From a virus (lineage: Duplodnaviria; Caudoviricetes), in IMG/VR virus record IMGVR_UViG_3300005611_000001: a stretch of DNA of 64,000 nucleotides; one strand, written 5' to 3'. The notes beneath the pieces were generated by a model, which worked only from the letters and a program-made list of their open reading frames with translations, was not told the DNA's origin and did no database searches. The translations under genes were made by a program, and so were the position numbers. Within the stretch, counting starts at the first letter, position 1. Each line of letters opens with the position of its first letter. Below, piece by piece: positions 53,538-61,289 of the stretch.

Positions 53538-54279
53538 AGTGATTCATATACTTGGTAATGGTGATAAGGCGCATTATTATCAACGCGAGCCTCGCAAGGG
53601 CATGAAGATTCTTTGCAACATGCCGCCTTTCGAAGTGCCTTCTAACGAAGTCTATGCTACTTGTATGGTAGACTTTAAAATGATGATGGCATTAACAGAA
53701 GGTTCTGTGAATCTTGACAGATACATGTGGGTGCTCGGTACGCGCCCTCGTGTCTGGATGTATGAGCGCAGCGCGTTCTATCTAAAGTACGCACCGAACA
53801 TCAAAGAGTTCTATACGCATGTACCTAAGTATGCAGGAAATGCGACGAACTTTAATTGTGGGCATATGGCAGTTCACTACGCAGCGAATCGTCACAAAGC
53901 TGATGAAGTCCATCTTTACGGCTTTGATTCTATTCTTGATTTCAATATGCGTAGCGTCACTGATCTTGTCTTGTCGAGTGATAGGGGTGATGTGAACAAC
54001 TATCGCTTGTTGAATAACTGGCGCCCGATCTGGCGTGATATCTTTCGAGAGTTTAAAAATACAAAGTTTGTGCTGCATCACAACCACGATAATCTCAAGA
54101 TTCCAAGGCTTGACAATGTTGAAGTAAAAGTGTATGATGATAAGATATCTGCAACTCAAAAACGTAAAGACGTAAGTGATATTAGTGATGGTCGTGGTAT
54201 GGATCATCCTTTAAATACAGAACCTTTGAATCGTAAGCAGCGCAGAGCGCAAGCAGCACAAGAGAGAAAAGCGAAATGA
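53530..54279 (+). CDS. Rossmann-like protein (sialyltransferase/MptE-like fold?)
   Basis: ILGNG start, LYGFD; call tentative. Confidence 0.45.
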   Translation: MAKVIHILGNGDKAHYYQREPRKGMKILCNMPPFEVPSNEVYATCMVDFKMMMALTEGSVNLDRYMWVLGTRPRVWMYERSAFYLKYAPNIKEFYTHVPKYAGNATNFNCGHMAVHYAANRHKADEVHLYGFDSILDFNMRSVTDLVLSSDRGDVNNYRLLNNWRPIWRDIFREFKNTKFVLHHNHDNLKIPRLDNVEVKVYDDKISATQKRKDVSDISDGRGMDHPLNTEPLNRKQRRAQAAQERKAK

Positions 54280-54605
54280 TCAAAAAGCCAGACTTCGATG
54301 ATTGTGTTGAAGTTTTACAAGATGGCGTGAAAGATACGACTAGTGATCTTTCTGCCTTTCTTGGCGAAGATGAAGTAATGACAGATAACTGGCGTGACCA
54401 CTGGAAGGGCATGCCTGAGTTTGTGCAAGAAGACAAAAAGCCATACAAGAAAATTAATGTCTGCTTTCAGACCAAAGAAGACTTCGAAGCTTTTCGTGCT
54501 TTGATGCAGCAGCCTATTACTGATAAAACCAAGACGATTTGGTATCCGCCATTTGATCGTGAGAAAAACTCTCTGTTTACTTGGGTAGAAGATGAAGCAG
54601 AGTAA
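54276..54605 (+). CDS. Small protein of the type found next to TAGT/GREB1-like glycosyltransferases
   Basis: WKGMPEFVQED...F.TKEDF..F...Q.IT.KTKTIWYP. Confidence 0.55.
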   Translation: MIKKPDFDDCVEVLQDGVKDTTSDLSAFLGEDEVMTDNWRDHWKGMPEFVQEDKKPYKKINVCFQTKEDFEAFRALMQQPITDKTKTIWYPPFDREKNSLFTWVEDEAE

Positions 54606-55461
54606 ATATCCAATCTATGTAATTTCAAAGAATCGCGCGGAGACGATGTACACCTCGCGTTCTCTGAACGATATGGGCTGTGAGCATACTATCGCTGTCG
54701 AACCTCAAGACGTTGATGCATACAATCGTGCATTCTACAAGTTTGGTATTACTACTGCAAAACTGCTAGAACTGCCGTTCAGTAATCATGGCATGGGTTC
54801 TGGACCTGCTCGTAATGCATGCTGGGAAGACTCTATCGCGCGAGGTGCGAAGCGTCACTGGATTCTTGACGACAACATTCAAGACTTCTATCGTCTGCAT
54901 AATAATGCACGGTATCGTGTCAAGTCACCCGTGTTCTTTCGCGTGATGGAAGACTTTGTAGATCGCTATAAGAATGTAAGACTTGCAGGTCCTCGCTATC
55001 GTTTCTTCTGTGCGTCTGATCAGAAGTATCCTGCGTTTATTAAGAATACTCATATCATGAGTACGATTCTGATTGATAATTCACTAGACATTCGTTGGCG
55101 CTCCAAGTATAATGAAGATATTGACCTGTCTCTGCGTGTTCTGAAAGGTGGTGACTGCACGATTCTGTTTAATGCGTTTCTGCAAGGCAAGTGCGCAACT
55201 CAGACTGTCACCGGTGGTAATACTGAAGAAGTCTATCAAGCAGATAAGTTAGACTACGAAGACACCACGCAAGAGAAGACCATGGTGCTGTACAATCTGC
55301 ATCCCGATGTGGTGCGTGTTGTGAAGCGTTATGGGCGCTGGCACCACGATGTGAACTATGATCGTTATCAAATCAACAAACTACAGTTCGTAGACGGATT
55401 TGAATTACCGAAGCGCATAAACAACTACAATATGAAACTGCTGAAGAAAGTTAATGTTTGA
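54592..55461 (+). CDS. TET-associated (TAGT/GREB1-like) glycosyltransferase
   Basis: PIYVISKNR, HWILDDNI, KYNEDIDLSLR, GGNTE. Confidence 0.7.
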   Translation: MKQSKYPIYVISKNRAETMYTSRSLNDMGCEHTIAVEPQDVDAYNRAFYKFGITTAKLLELPFSNHGMGSGPARNACWEDSIARGAKRHWILDDNIQDFYRLHNNARYRVKSPVFFRVMEDFVDRYKNVRLAGPRYRFFCASDQKYPAFIKNTHIMSTILIDNSLDIRWRSKYNEDIDLSLRVLKGGDCTILFNAFLQGKCATQTVTGGNTEEVYQADKLDYEDTTQEKTMVLYNLHPDVVRVVKRYGRWHHDVNYDRYQINKLQFVDGFELPKRINNYNMKLLKKVNV

Positions 55462-56134
55462 ACATGTGAAAGTAGACTTAGGGTACGATGATCTAGATGC
55501 TGTGACTAGCGATACTGGCAGACTCTACGAAACACCTGATGGTGTAAAGTACCCTTCGATCACCACTGTGCTTTCGATTCTAAGCGAAGAGGGTATTCGC
55601 AAATGGAAAGAAAGAGTCGGTGAAGAAGAAGCCGCGAAGATTTCGTATCGTGCTTCGACTCGTGGTACTGCAGTTCACGAAATCATTGAAAAATATATTG
55701 ACAACATAGAGAATTTTAAAGATGGATTTTCACCTAACATTATTGCTTCTTTTTTCGACGTTAAGCCTATCCTTGATACTCGTATTCGAAGAGTATTTGC
55801 GCAAGAATCGCCTCTATACTCCAAGCATTTGGGGGTTGCTGGTCGTGTTGATTGTGTCGCTGAATTTGACGGTGTACTCTCAATAATAGACTTCAAGACT
55901 TCACGCAAGCCTAAGAAGAAAGAATATATAACGAACTACTTTATGCAAGAGTCTGCATACGCTATTATGTGGGAAGAACGAACGGGCATGCCTATCGTCC
56001 AACTTGTCACGATCATTGCAGTAGACGATGAAATGCCTCAGGTGTTTATTGAGCATCGTGATAACTGGACAAAGCCATTGCTAGAGACAATTAAGAAATA
56101 TAATAATAGAGGTGAGAATGTTATTTGCAATTGA
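55454..56134 (+). CDS. PD-(D/E)xK (Cas4/RecB-like) exonuclease
   Basis: YPSITTVL, RGTAVH, AGRVDC, IDFKTS. Confidence 0.88.
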   Translation: MFEHVKVDLGYDDLDAVTSDTGRLYETPDGVKYPSITTVLSILSEEGIRKWKERVGEEEAAKISYRASTRGTAVHEIIEKYIDNIENFKDGFSPNIIASFFDVKPILDTRIRRVFAQESPLYSKHLGVAGRVDCVAEFDGVLSIIDFKTSRKPKKKEYITNYFMQESAYAIMWEERTGMPIVQLVTIIAVDDEMPQVFIEHRDNWTKPLLETIKKYNNRGENVICN

Positions 56135-56828
56135 TGATCGCGAAAAAATTTCGGTATATGAACATAAGAATGTTAAAGCATATGTGCGCGAAGGCACCTC
56201 TGATTCTTTTATTGTAGAAGAAGTTCTGGGTGGTGAATATAACAAACTCAACATTCAAGAAGGCGATGTAGTCGCAGACTTTGGTTTGAATATAGGAATC
56301 TTCGCATGTTGGGCATCGATGCGAGGTGCGAAAGAAGTCTGGGGTTATGAGCCTGACGAAGACAATTTTGAACTTGCAAAACGTAATGTGGGCTTGAATG
56401 GTTTTGCGAATAGGTGTAAACTATTCAATGACGCTGTTGTTGGCAATGGCGATAAAACTCGCCGATTCTCAGTGAATGTTAAGAAGAACAAAGCTGCACA
56501 TTCGCTGGTGACAAAACGGGGTCGCGACACCTGCATTGTAACCTGCAGGAACTTTAACACTGTACTTGAAGAAATGAGACCAAATGTAATCAAGATGGAC
56601 ATCGAAGGCGGCGAGCTTGAGATTCTGCGCAATCTCAAACCTGGTATTCTGTCGGGTGTTCGTGAGTTTATCATGGAGTTTCATCATGCCCATCTAAATG
56701 ATATTGGCTCTGAAGTGATCTTTAAAGAAGTGATCGATATTATGCAGAGCCACTTTGATACTGTTAAGTATCGTGCAGAACCCAAAGGTGCATGGGTAAG
56801 CAACATCTACTGTTATAACGAGAACTAA
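56118..56828 (+). CDS. FkbM family methyltransferase
   Basis: DFGLNIG, YEP, KMDIEGGE. Confidence 0.85.
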   Translation: MLFAIDDREKISVYEHKNVKAYVREGTSDSFIVEEVLGGEYNKLNIQEGDVVADFGLNIGIFACWASMRGAKEVWGYEPDEDNFELAKRNVGLNGFANRCKLFNDAVVGNGDKTRRFSVNVKKNKAAHSLVTKRGRDTCIVTCRNFNTVLEEMRPNVIKMDIEGGELEILRNLKPGILSGVREFIMEFHHAHLNDIGSEVIFKEVIDIMQSHFDTVKYRAEPKGAWVSNIYCYNEN

Positions 56829-57359
56829 ATGAACGTAAGAGAAGAGACCCGAGAACTACACGATAAAGTTGAGCAGACTGCCTTTGCACAAAGACTGCTT
56901 TCGGGCGACTTTACAAAAGATGATTATGGGCGCTATCTGTTAGCCCAAGAAGCAATCTTCGATGCACTAGAGAACTGGGACGAATATGTAATACCACACT
57001 CTTCTCTTTATCGTTATGAAAATATTATACAAGACTATGCTTATTTAAATATTGAAGAGAAACCCGAAACTCCTAGTGCAGCAATTAAATACGGGCACTA
57101 CCTTAAAGGTTTTACTGAATATGATGATGTAAAGAAAAACTCTCATTTATATTTGAACTATCTTGGGCTTATGTTTGGCGGTAGTATTGTTGCAAAGAAT
57201 ATTCCAACCGAAGGTTTAATGTATCAGTTTGATAATCGAACTGAATGTATTAAAGCAATACGCGAACTTGAACTAGATATAGAAGAAGTTAATCGCGGAT
57301 TTGAATATCACATTCGTATTATGGAACAATTAGAAGAGTTGCGAAATAATGAATCTTAA
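56829..57359 (+). CDS. hemO: Heme oxygenase
   Basis: TRELHDKVE proximal His, YLGLMFGG distal helix. Confidence 0.85.
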   Translation: MNVREETRELHDKVEQTAFAQRLLSGDFTKDDYGRYLLAQEAIFDALENWDEYVIPHSSLYRYENIIQDYAYLNIEEKPETPSAAIKYGHYLKGFTEYDDVKKNSHLYLNYLGLMFGGSIVAKNIPTEGLMYQFDNRTECIKAIRELELDIEEVNRGFEYHIRIMEQLEELRNNES

Positions 57360-57984
57360 AGACGAGTTAATTGAATTAACTCAAATGATGCAGGATTTAA
57401 TTCTAGAGCAGAATGATGTTAAAGAATTAGAGACTGAAGATTATGGTTGGGAGAACTATCGCTACGAGTCTCCTCTGTTTCGTCTGGCGCATGTTGAGCG
57501 CTACTTCAAAGATGGGTTGATCGTCGCCCATGTTACTTGCATTCCGCATGTAAATAACCCTTCGTCTATCTTCGGCTTCGATGTGGTGGGCAGCGAGAAG
57601 ACGGGCAAGATCAGTGGCGCGTTCGTGGACTGGTCTCCAACGCTCTATGACAAGCGCTGGCACTATACCCGATGGAGTAGCCCGCGCATACTGCCCGAGT
57701 GGGCTACCGTCTTCTCAGACGACTTCCTGGCGATCCGCCCCAATGAAAATGAGCATGATCAACTGTTCGACTTTGCTTACGGTGCATTTTGTCACTATTT
57801 TGAGACACTGAATAAATCAACAGTATCTAATGACCCCAAGGTGATTGAACTGATTCGCGAGAAGCAGACTGAGTACTGTGAGAAGCAGGCTTCGAACCCC
57901 CGTACCTTTGCCGCGCTCAAGCAGCAGATAGGTCCAGAGCGCGCTAGACACTTCATGGAGAACATTCTGTTCCCCAAACCGTAA
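57349..57984 (+). CDS. pcyX: Ferredoxin-dependent bilin reductase, PcyA/PcyX family
   Basis: RLAHVE, AHVTCIP, IFGFDVV, FVDWSP, LPEWATVFS. Confidence 0.75.
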   Translation: MNLKDELIELTQMMQDLILEQNDVKELETEDYGWENYRYESPLFRLAHVERYFKDGLIVAHVTCIPHVNNPSSIFGFDVVGSEKTGKISGAFVDWSPTLYDKRWHYTRWSSPRILPEWATVFSDDFLAIRPNENEHDQLFDFAYGAFCHYFETLNKSTVSNDPKVIELIREKQTEYCEKQASNPRTFAALKQQIGPERARHFMENILFPKP

Positions 57985-58086
57985 GTGATTGATTTTATTA
58001 CTTATTCTTTTCAAAGCGTTTGTGACCCTTCTTATGAAAAAATATTCTAAAAAACCTCTTGTATTCTTCTCTGGTTGTGGTATAAT
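57982..58086 (+). promoter_or_regulatory. Early promoter with reverse IHF-consensus site
   Basis: TAAGTGATTGATT 57982; AAAATATTCTAA; TTGTAT 58059; TG-TATAAT 58081. Confidence 0.75.
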
Positions 58087-58116
58087 AGCTGCGTAAACCA
58101 ATGAGGAGATTGCACT

Positions 58117-58296
58117 ATGACCGTTGAAACAGTAGAGCAGTTCTTAGCGCGAGGCGGTAAGATTCAGTATTTACCGCCTCAGAAAGTGAAAAAGTCTCTA
58201 AACATGTCTCCTAAAATGGGACACAAAGAGTCGTCTTACAACGTTGGCCTGTCGAAAAAGTGGGCGCGTGAACTTGCAAACCGGAGTGCAGCGTAA
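58117..58296 (+). CDS. Small early protein
   Basis: VEQFLARGGKIQ, GAGGAG SD. Confidence 0.75.
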   Translation: MTVETVEQFLARGGKIQYLPPQKVKKSLNMSPKMGHKESSYNVGLSKKWARELANRSAA

Positions 58297-58529
58297 TGAA
58301 CGAAAAATTTGATCGTAATCGTATTATGGATTCGATGGGCTCGCTGACTGAAGTGATTGACGATTATATTCATTGGATCGACATGCATAAAGGTCGTGCG
58401 TCGACTATCGATGAGCAGTTCAGTGAAGGCCTGCAGCATATCATTGACGATATGCGCAAGTTCCATTCAATCTGGGAGGAGCGGAGTTATCTCCGGGGCC
58501 GACATCGCATCTGGGAGGAGCGTGAATAA
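58296..58529 (+). CDS. Hypothetical protein
   Basis: Coupled ORF. Confidence 0.7.
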   Translation: MNEKFDRNRIMDSMGSLTEVIDDYIHWIDMHKGRASTIDEQFSEGLQHIIDDMRKFHSIWEERSYLRGRHRIWEERE

Positions 58530-58723
58530 TGTATGACATGCGACATGGCGGTCCCTATGATCGTGGTGGTGCTGACAAGCACTACGGTCGTGAGTACGAC
58601 CCCCACTACTATGTGGGGGCGACTTACTCTAGCGAGCGTGTAGAGCTTGCGAATATGACTCCTGCAGAGATTGCTGAGTACACTGCGGGTTACCGCGATT
58701 GCACTTCTGAAAAGGTTTGGTGA
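58529..58723 (+). CDS. Hypothetical protein
   Basis: HGGPYDRGGADKHYGR. Confidence 0.75.
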   Translation: MYDMRHGGPYDRGGADKHYGREYDPHYYVGATYSSERVELANMTPAEIAEYTAGYRDCTSEKVW

Positions 58724-58724
58724 T

Positions 58725-58889
58725 ATGAATCATGACGTTTACTTTGAGTTTCTGAACGACCTTCGTGAGTCTGGTTTGATCAACATGTTCGGCGCACCCA
58801 GGGAGCTCCGTGAGGTTTTTGGGCTGAGCAAAGCCGAGTCGATTGATGTGTTCACTGCATGGGCTGAAAACTTCTCAAAGGAGTCTTAG
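58725..58889 (+). CDS. Hypothetical protein
   Basis: LRESGLINMFGA. Confidence 0.75.
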   Translation: MNHDVYFEFLNDLRESGLINMFGAPRELREVFGLSKAESIDVFTAWAENFSKES

Positions 58890-58890
58890 T

Positions 58891-59070
58891 ATGTACGATT
58901 TGGTGTGTGTTCTGACGGGCGAAGTGGTCGCCTCTACGAATTGCTATTCTGAGGCGGTTGAGCTTCAATATGCGTATCGTGAAGTTGACAACATTGGGTT
59001 AGAGATAGTTGACACTAATCCTGTTCCAAGGCAGTTGACACCCGAAGAGAGAATGACTATAATCCTCTAG
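58891..59070 (+). CDS. Hypothetical protein
   Basis: AGGAG SD. Confidence 0.65.
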   Translation: MYDLVCVLTGEVVASTNCYSEAVELQYAYREVDNIGLEIVDTNPVPRQLTPEERMTIIL

Positions 59071-59136
59071 TGTTTCGATGAGGCTTGTTTTCGAAGATTG
59101 CTACATATTGCTATGTGACAAGCCTCGTCACTTTTC

Positions 59137-59213
59137 GGCCCGTTAGTTCAGTTGGTTAGAACGCCGCCCTGTCACGGCGGAGGCCACCGGTTCGAGTCCG
59201 GTACGGGTCGCCA
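59137..59213 (+). tRNA. tRNA-Asp(GTC)
   Basis: Cloverleaf, CCGCC-CTGTCAC-GGCGG, encoded CCA. Confidence 0.95.
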
Positions 59214-59249
59214 AAGAATTTGTCCTGCTAAAAGGGCAATAGGGCAATG

Positions 59250-59378
59250 TCCATATCCGATTGTGGATGTTGTCTAACGTGGAATCAACCACGGTCGTTA
59301 ATCGGATACTGCTATGCTGGGCGTCGGCGTAGCGGGAAAATAATCCTCTCTGGCTGACCGGTGGGGATAGGGCGCCCC
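59250..59378 (+). ncRNA. Structured intergenic RNA within the tRNA cluster
   Basis: TATCCGATT/AATCGGATA and GGGCGTC/GGCGCCC closed domains; no tRNA cloverleaf. Confidence 0.5.
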
Positions 59379-59385
59379 AAATTAC

Positions 59386-59460
59386 GGGCGTGTAGCTCAG
59401 CGGTAGAGCAAGAGGCTTTTAACCTCCTGGTCCGGGGTTCAAATCCCTGTACGCCCACCA
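59386..59460 (+). tRNA. tRNA-Lys(TTT)
   Basis: Cloverleaf, CCA. Confidence 0.95.
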
Positions 59461-59465
59461 ATCAA

Positions 59466-59542
59466 CCGAGTTTAGCTCAGCCTGGTAGAGCACCTGCTTT
59501 GGGAGCAGGGGGTCGTAGGTTCGAATCCTGCAACTCGGACCA
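59466..59542 (+). tRNA. tRNA-Pro(TGG)
   Basis: Cloverleaf, CCA. Confidence 0.95.
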
Positions 59543-59546
59543 AGTT

Positions 59547-59622
59547 GGGCCTGTAGCTCAGTGGTGAGAGCATCCGTCTTATAAGCGGGAGGTCGGTGGT
59601 TCAATCCCCCCCAGGCCTACCA
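59547..59622 (+). tRNA. tRNA-Ile(TAT)
   Basis: Loop CT-TAT-AA; wobble-rich anticodon stem; CCA. Confidence 0.85.
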
Positions 59623-59626
59623 GCAT

Positions 59627-59703
59627 GCGCCCGTAGCTCAGTTGGATAGAGCAATTGCCTTCTAAGCAATCGGTCAGAGGTTCGAATCCTCTCGGGCGTA
59701 CCA
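59627..59703 (+). tRNA. tRNA-Arg(TCT)
   Basis: ATTGC-CTTCTAA-GCAAT, CCA. Confidence 0.95.
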
Positions 59704-59708
59704 TTTTT

Positions 59709-59794
59709 AGGGAGGCGCCGGAGTTGGAGAGCCGGAGCAGACTGTAAATCTGCCGCCTCAGGCTGAGTCAGTTCGAATCTGACCCTCCCTACCA
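59709..59794 (+). tRNA. tRNA-Tyr(GTA)
   Basis: GCAGA-CTGTAAA-TCTGC, long variable arm, CCA. Confidence 0.93.
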
Positions 59795-59795
59795 A

Positions 59796-59856
59796 AATCA
59801 ATGACTTAGCCGAGCCGACAGCCGGTACTTGCTATTCTCTGTGGTCCTGATACCAT
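59796..59856 (+). promoter_or_regulatory. Early promoter cassette
   Basis: AATCAATGACTTA 59796; CCGAGCCGACAGCCGGTA 59810; TTGCTA 59829; TGn-TACCAT 59851. Confidence 0.75.
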
Positions 59857-59878
59857 ATACAGGTGACTTGAGAGAGGA

Positions 59879-60403
59879 ATGAGAATGAATCGCATTGATA
59901 TGCCCAAGCGTGTCAGCCTCGGCAATGACTATCCCGATGGTACTTTCGTCGGCAAACTGCGAGGCATGCTGGTCTATCTAGAGGGTGAGGTCGGTGATGA
60001 TTTCCTTTGTGTCCGTGTCTATCGTAACGAAGAACTGGCGAACGGCAAGCACAATGTCATCGCTGACCTGATGCTCTCAACCGAGTATTGCAAAGGCGCG
60101 TATCATGTTGATTTGATGCGGGTATCTTACCGCTACCAGGGGCATGGTATTGCGCCTTTGTTGTATGCGTTCCTGTTACGCAAACTAGGCATCATTCTAC
60201 AGGCTGGGACGGCTCAGAGCGGTGGTGGACGGCGGCTGTGGGCTGAGCTTGCTAAGATGAAGGGTGTCACCGTATTCGCTGCTACCAAGCGCGCCAAGAG
60301 CGCTCTGGTGATCGATCTTGACAAAGACGATGAAGAGTTGACACACGAAAGTGTCAAGTTGTATGACGGTCGTACCATCTACACCTTCGCTGTCGCAGCC
60401 TAA
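59879..60403 (+). CDS. GNAT-fold acetyltransferase-like protein
   Basis: VSYRYQGHGIAPLLY motif A, QSGGGRRLW. Confidence 0.75.
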   Translation: MRMNRIDMPKRVSLGNDYPDGTFVGKLRGMLVYLEGEVGDDFLCVRVYRNEELANGKHNVIADLMLSTEYCKGAYHVDLMRVSYRYQGHGIAPLLYAFLLRKLGIILQAGTAQSGGGRRLWAELAKMKGVTVFAATKRAKSALVIDLDKDDEELTHESVKLYDGRTIYTFAVAA

Positions 60404-60460
60404 CCGAGCCGACAGCCGGTAGTTTTTGGGGTTGACAGGCACCCGGATCCGTGAGATAAT
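60404..60460 (+). promoter_or_regulatory. Early promoter cassette
   Basis: CCGAGCCGACAGCCGGTAG 60404; TTGACA 60432, 17 bp, GATAAT 60455. Confidence 0.8.
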
Positions 60461-60488
60461 AGCGGCGTTGATTGAGAGAGGACAGATT

Positions 60489-60911
60489 ATGAAACTCGTC
60501 ATCACCACGCAGTACCTTGAGAACTACGCCTCCGAGGGCTCTGTTCCCTACTGGAAAGCCAAGGGCGGCGAAGTCTATGTCGTCCGCGATCTGACCTGGA
60601 ATCAGGTCGAGCGGATCGAAGCGGAGGGTATTCCGACCCTCACTTCTCTCATCGAATACTCTAATGAGTGTTCGCGCGAGTACATCCTCAACACCGCCAT
60701 CGTCGAGAACGACGGCTACGAGTGCGAGTCGTGGGAGTCGGTCGTCGAACTGTCTTACGACCGCGTTAACCGATGCTGGGCGGCTTCTCGCACGACCCAT
60801 CGTGACGAGTGCTGGGTCGACGGCATCGACTACAAGGTCGAGTGTTGGGTCCTGAATACCGACGGTAGTAAAAAAGATTATACTTGCGCTTATTATGGAG
60901 CAGCAGCATGA
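60489..60911 (+). CDS. Hypothetical early protein
   Basis: TQYLENY...YWKAKGG; GAGG SD. Confidence 0.8.
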   Translation: MKLVITTQYLENYASEGSVPYWKAKGGEVYVVRDLTWNQVERIEAEGIPTLTSLIEYSNECSREYILNTAIVENDGYECESWESVVELSYDRVNRCWAASRTTHRDECWVDGIDYKVECWVLNTDGSKKDYTCAYYGAAA

Positions 60912-61084
60912 AGACTGAGAATCATCCCGAAGGCACGAACACGGAAATCAATCTGAGCCGTGATCTTGCTAGTGCCATTTACTGGGCAGTTGAAGAGTAC
61001 ATGGAAGAACTGCCTGATAATGTTATGAAAGCGTATCGTGAGTTGCGCGATCATTATGTGGAAAAGGGGCTTGTGAATGTCTGA
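60908..61084 (+). CDS. Hypothetical protein
   Basis: ATGA-coupled. Confidence 0.7.
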   Translation: MKTENHPEGTNTEINLSRDLASAIYWAVEEYMEELPDNVMKAYRELRDHYVEKGLVNV

Positions 61085-61289
61085 TTTCGAAAACCCGCTG
61101 TCTGATTTCCGGAAGAAGTTGCATCTTTATAAGACTGCCTTCTCTCCTCTGTACGATACCTATGTGGGAATTCAGAAAGTTCGGGAAGATGAGGACGGAT
61201 TCCCCATCCTTGATTGTACTGTTGCAGGCATGAGCAAAGATGTGTTAGTATTATTTCGACCTCATGAATTGAAGGATTTTTGTCTATGA
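61077..61289 (+). CDS. Hypothetical protein
   Basis: Coupled ORF. Confidence 0.7.
   Translation: MSDFENPLSDFRKKLHLYKTAFSPLYDTYVGIQKVREDEDGFPILDCTVAGMSKDVLVLFRPHELKDFCL

Noticed and set aside
55454-56134. Cas4 as part of a CRISPR system
   Set aside because: No array or other cas genes; ordinary phage exonuclease
57427-57811. GC-rich patch in pcyX with alternative ORFs on both strands
   Set aside because: No convincing SD and ORF limits do not match the patch; more likely a recombination patch
59361-59801. ORFs over the tRNA cluster
   Set aside because: Translation artefacts of tRNA genes
10120-60422. GCCGAGCCGACAGCCGG repeats as CRISPR, att or iteron sites
   Set aside because: Dispersed over 50 kb, no spacers, no integrase, always promoter-adjacent
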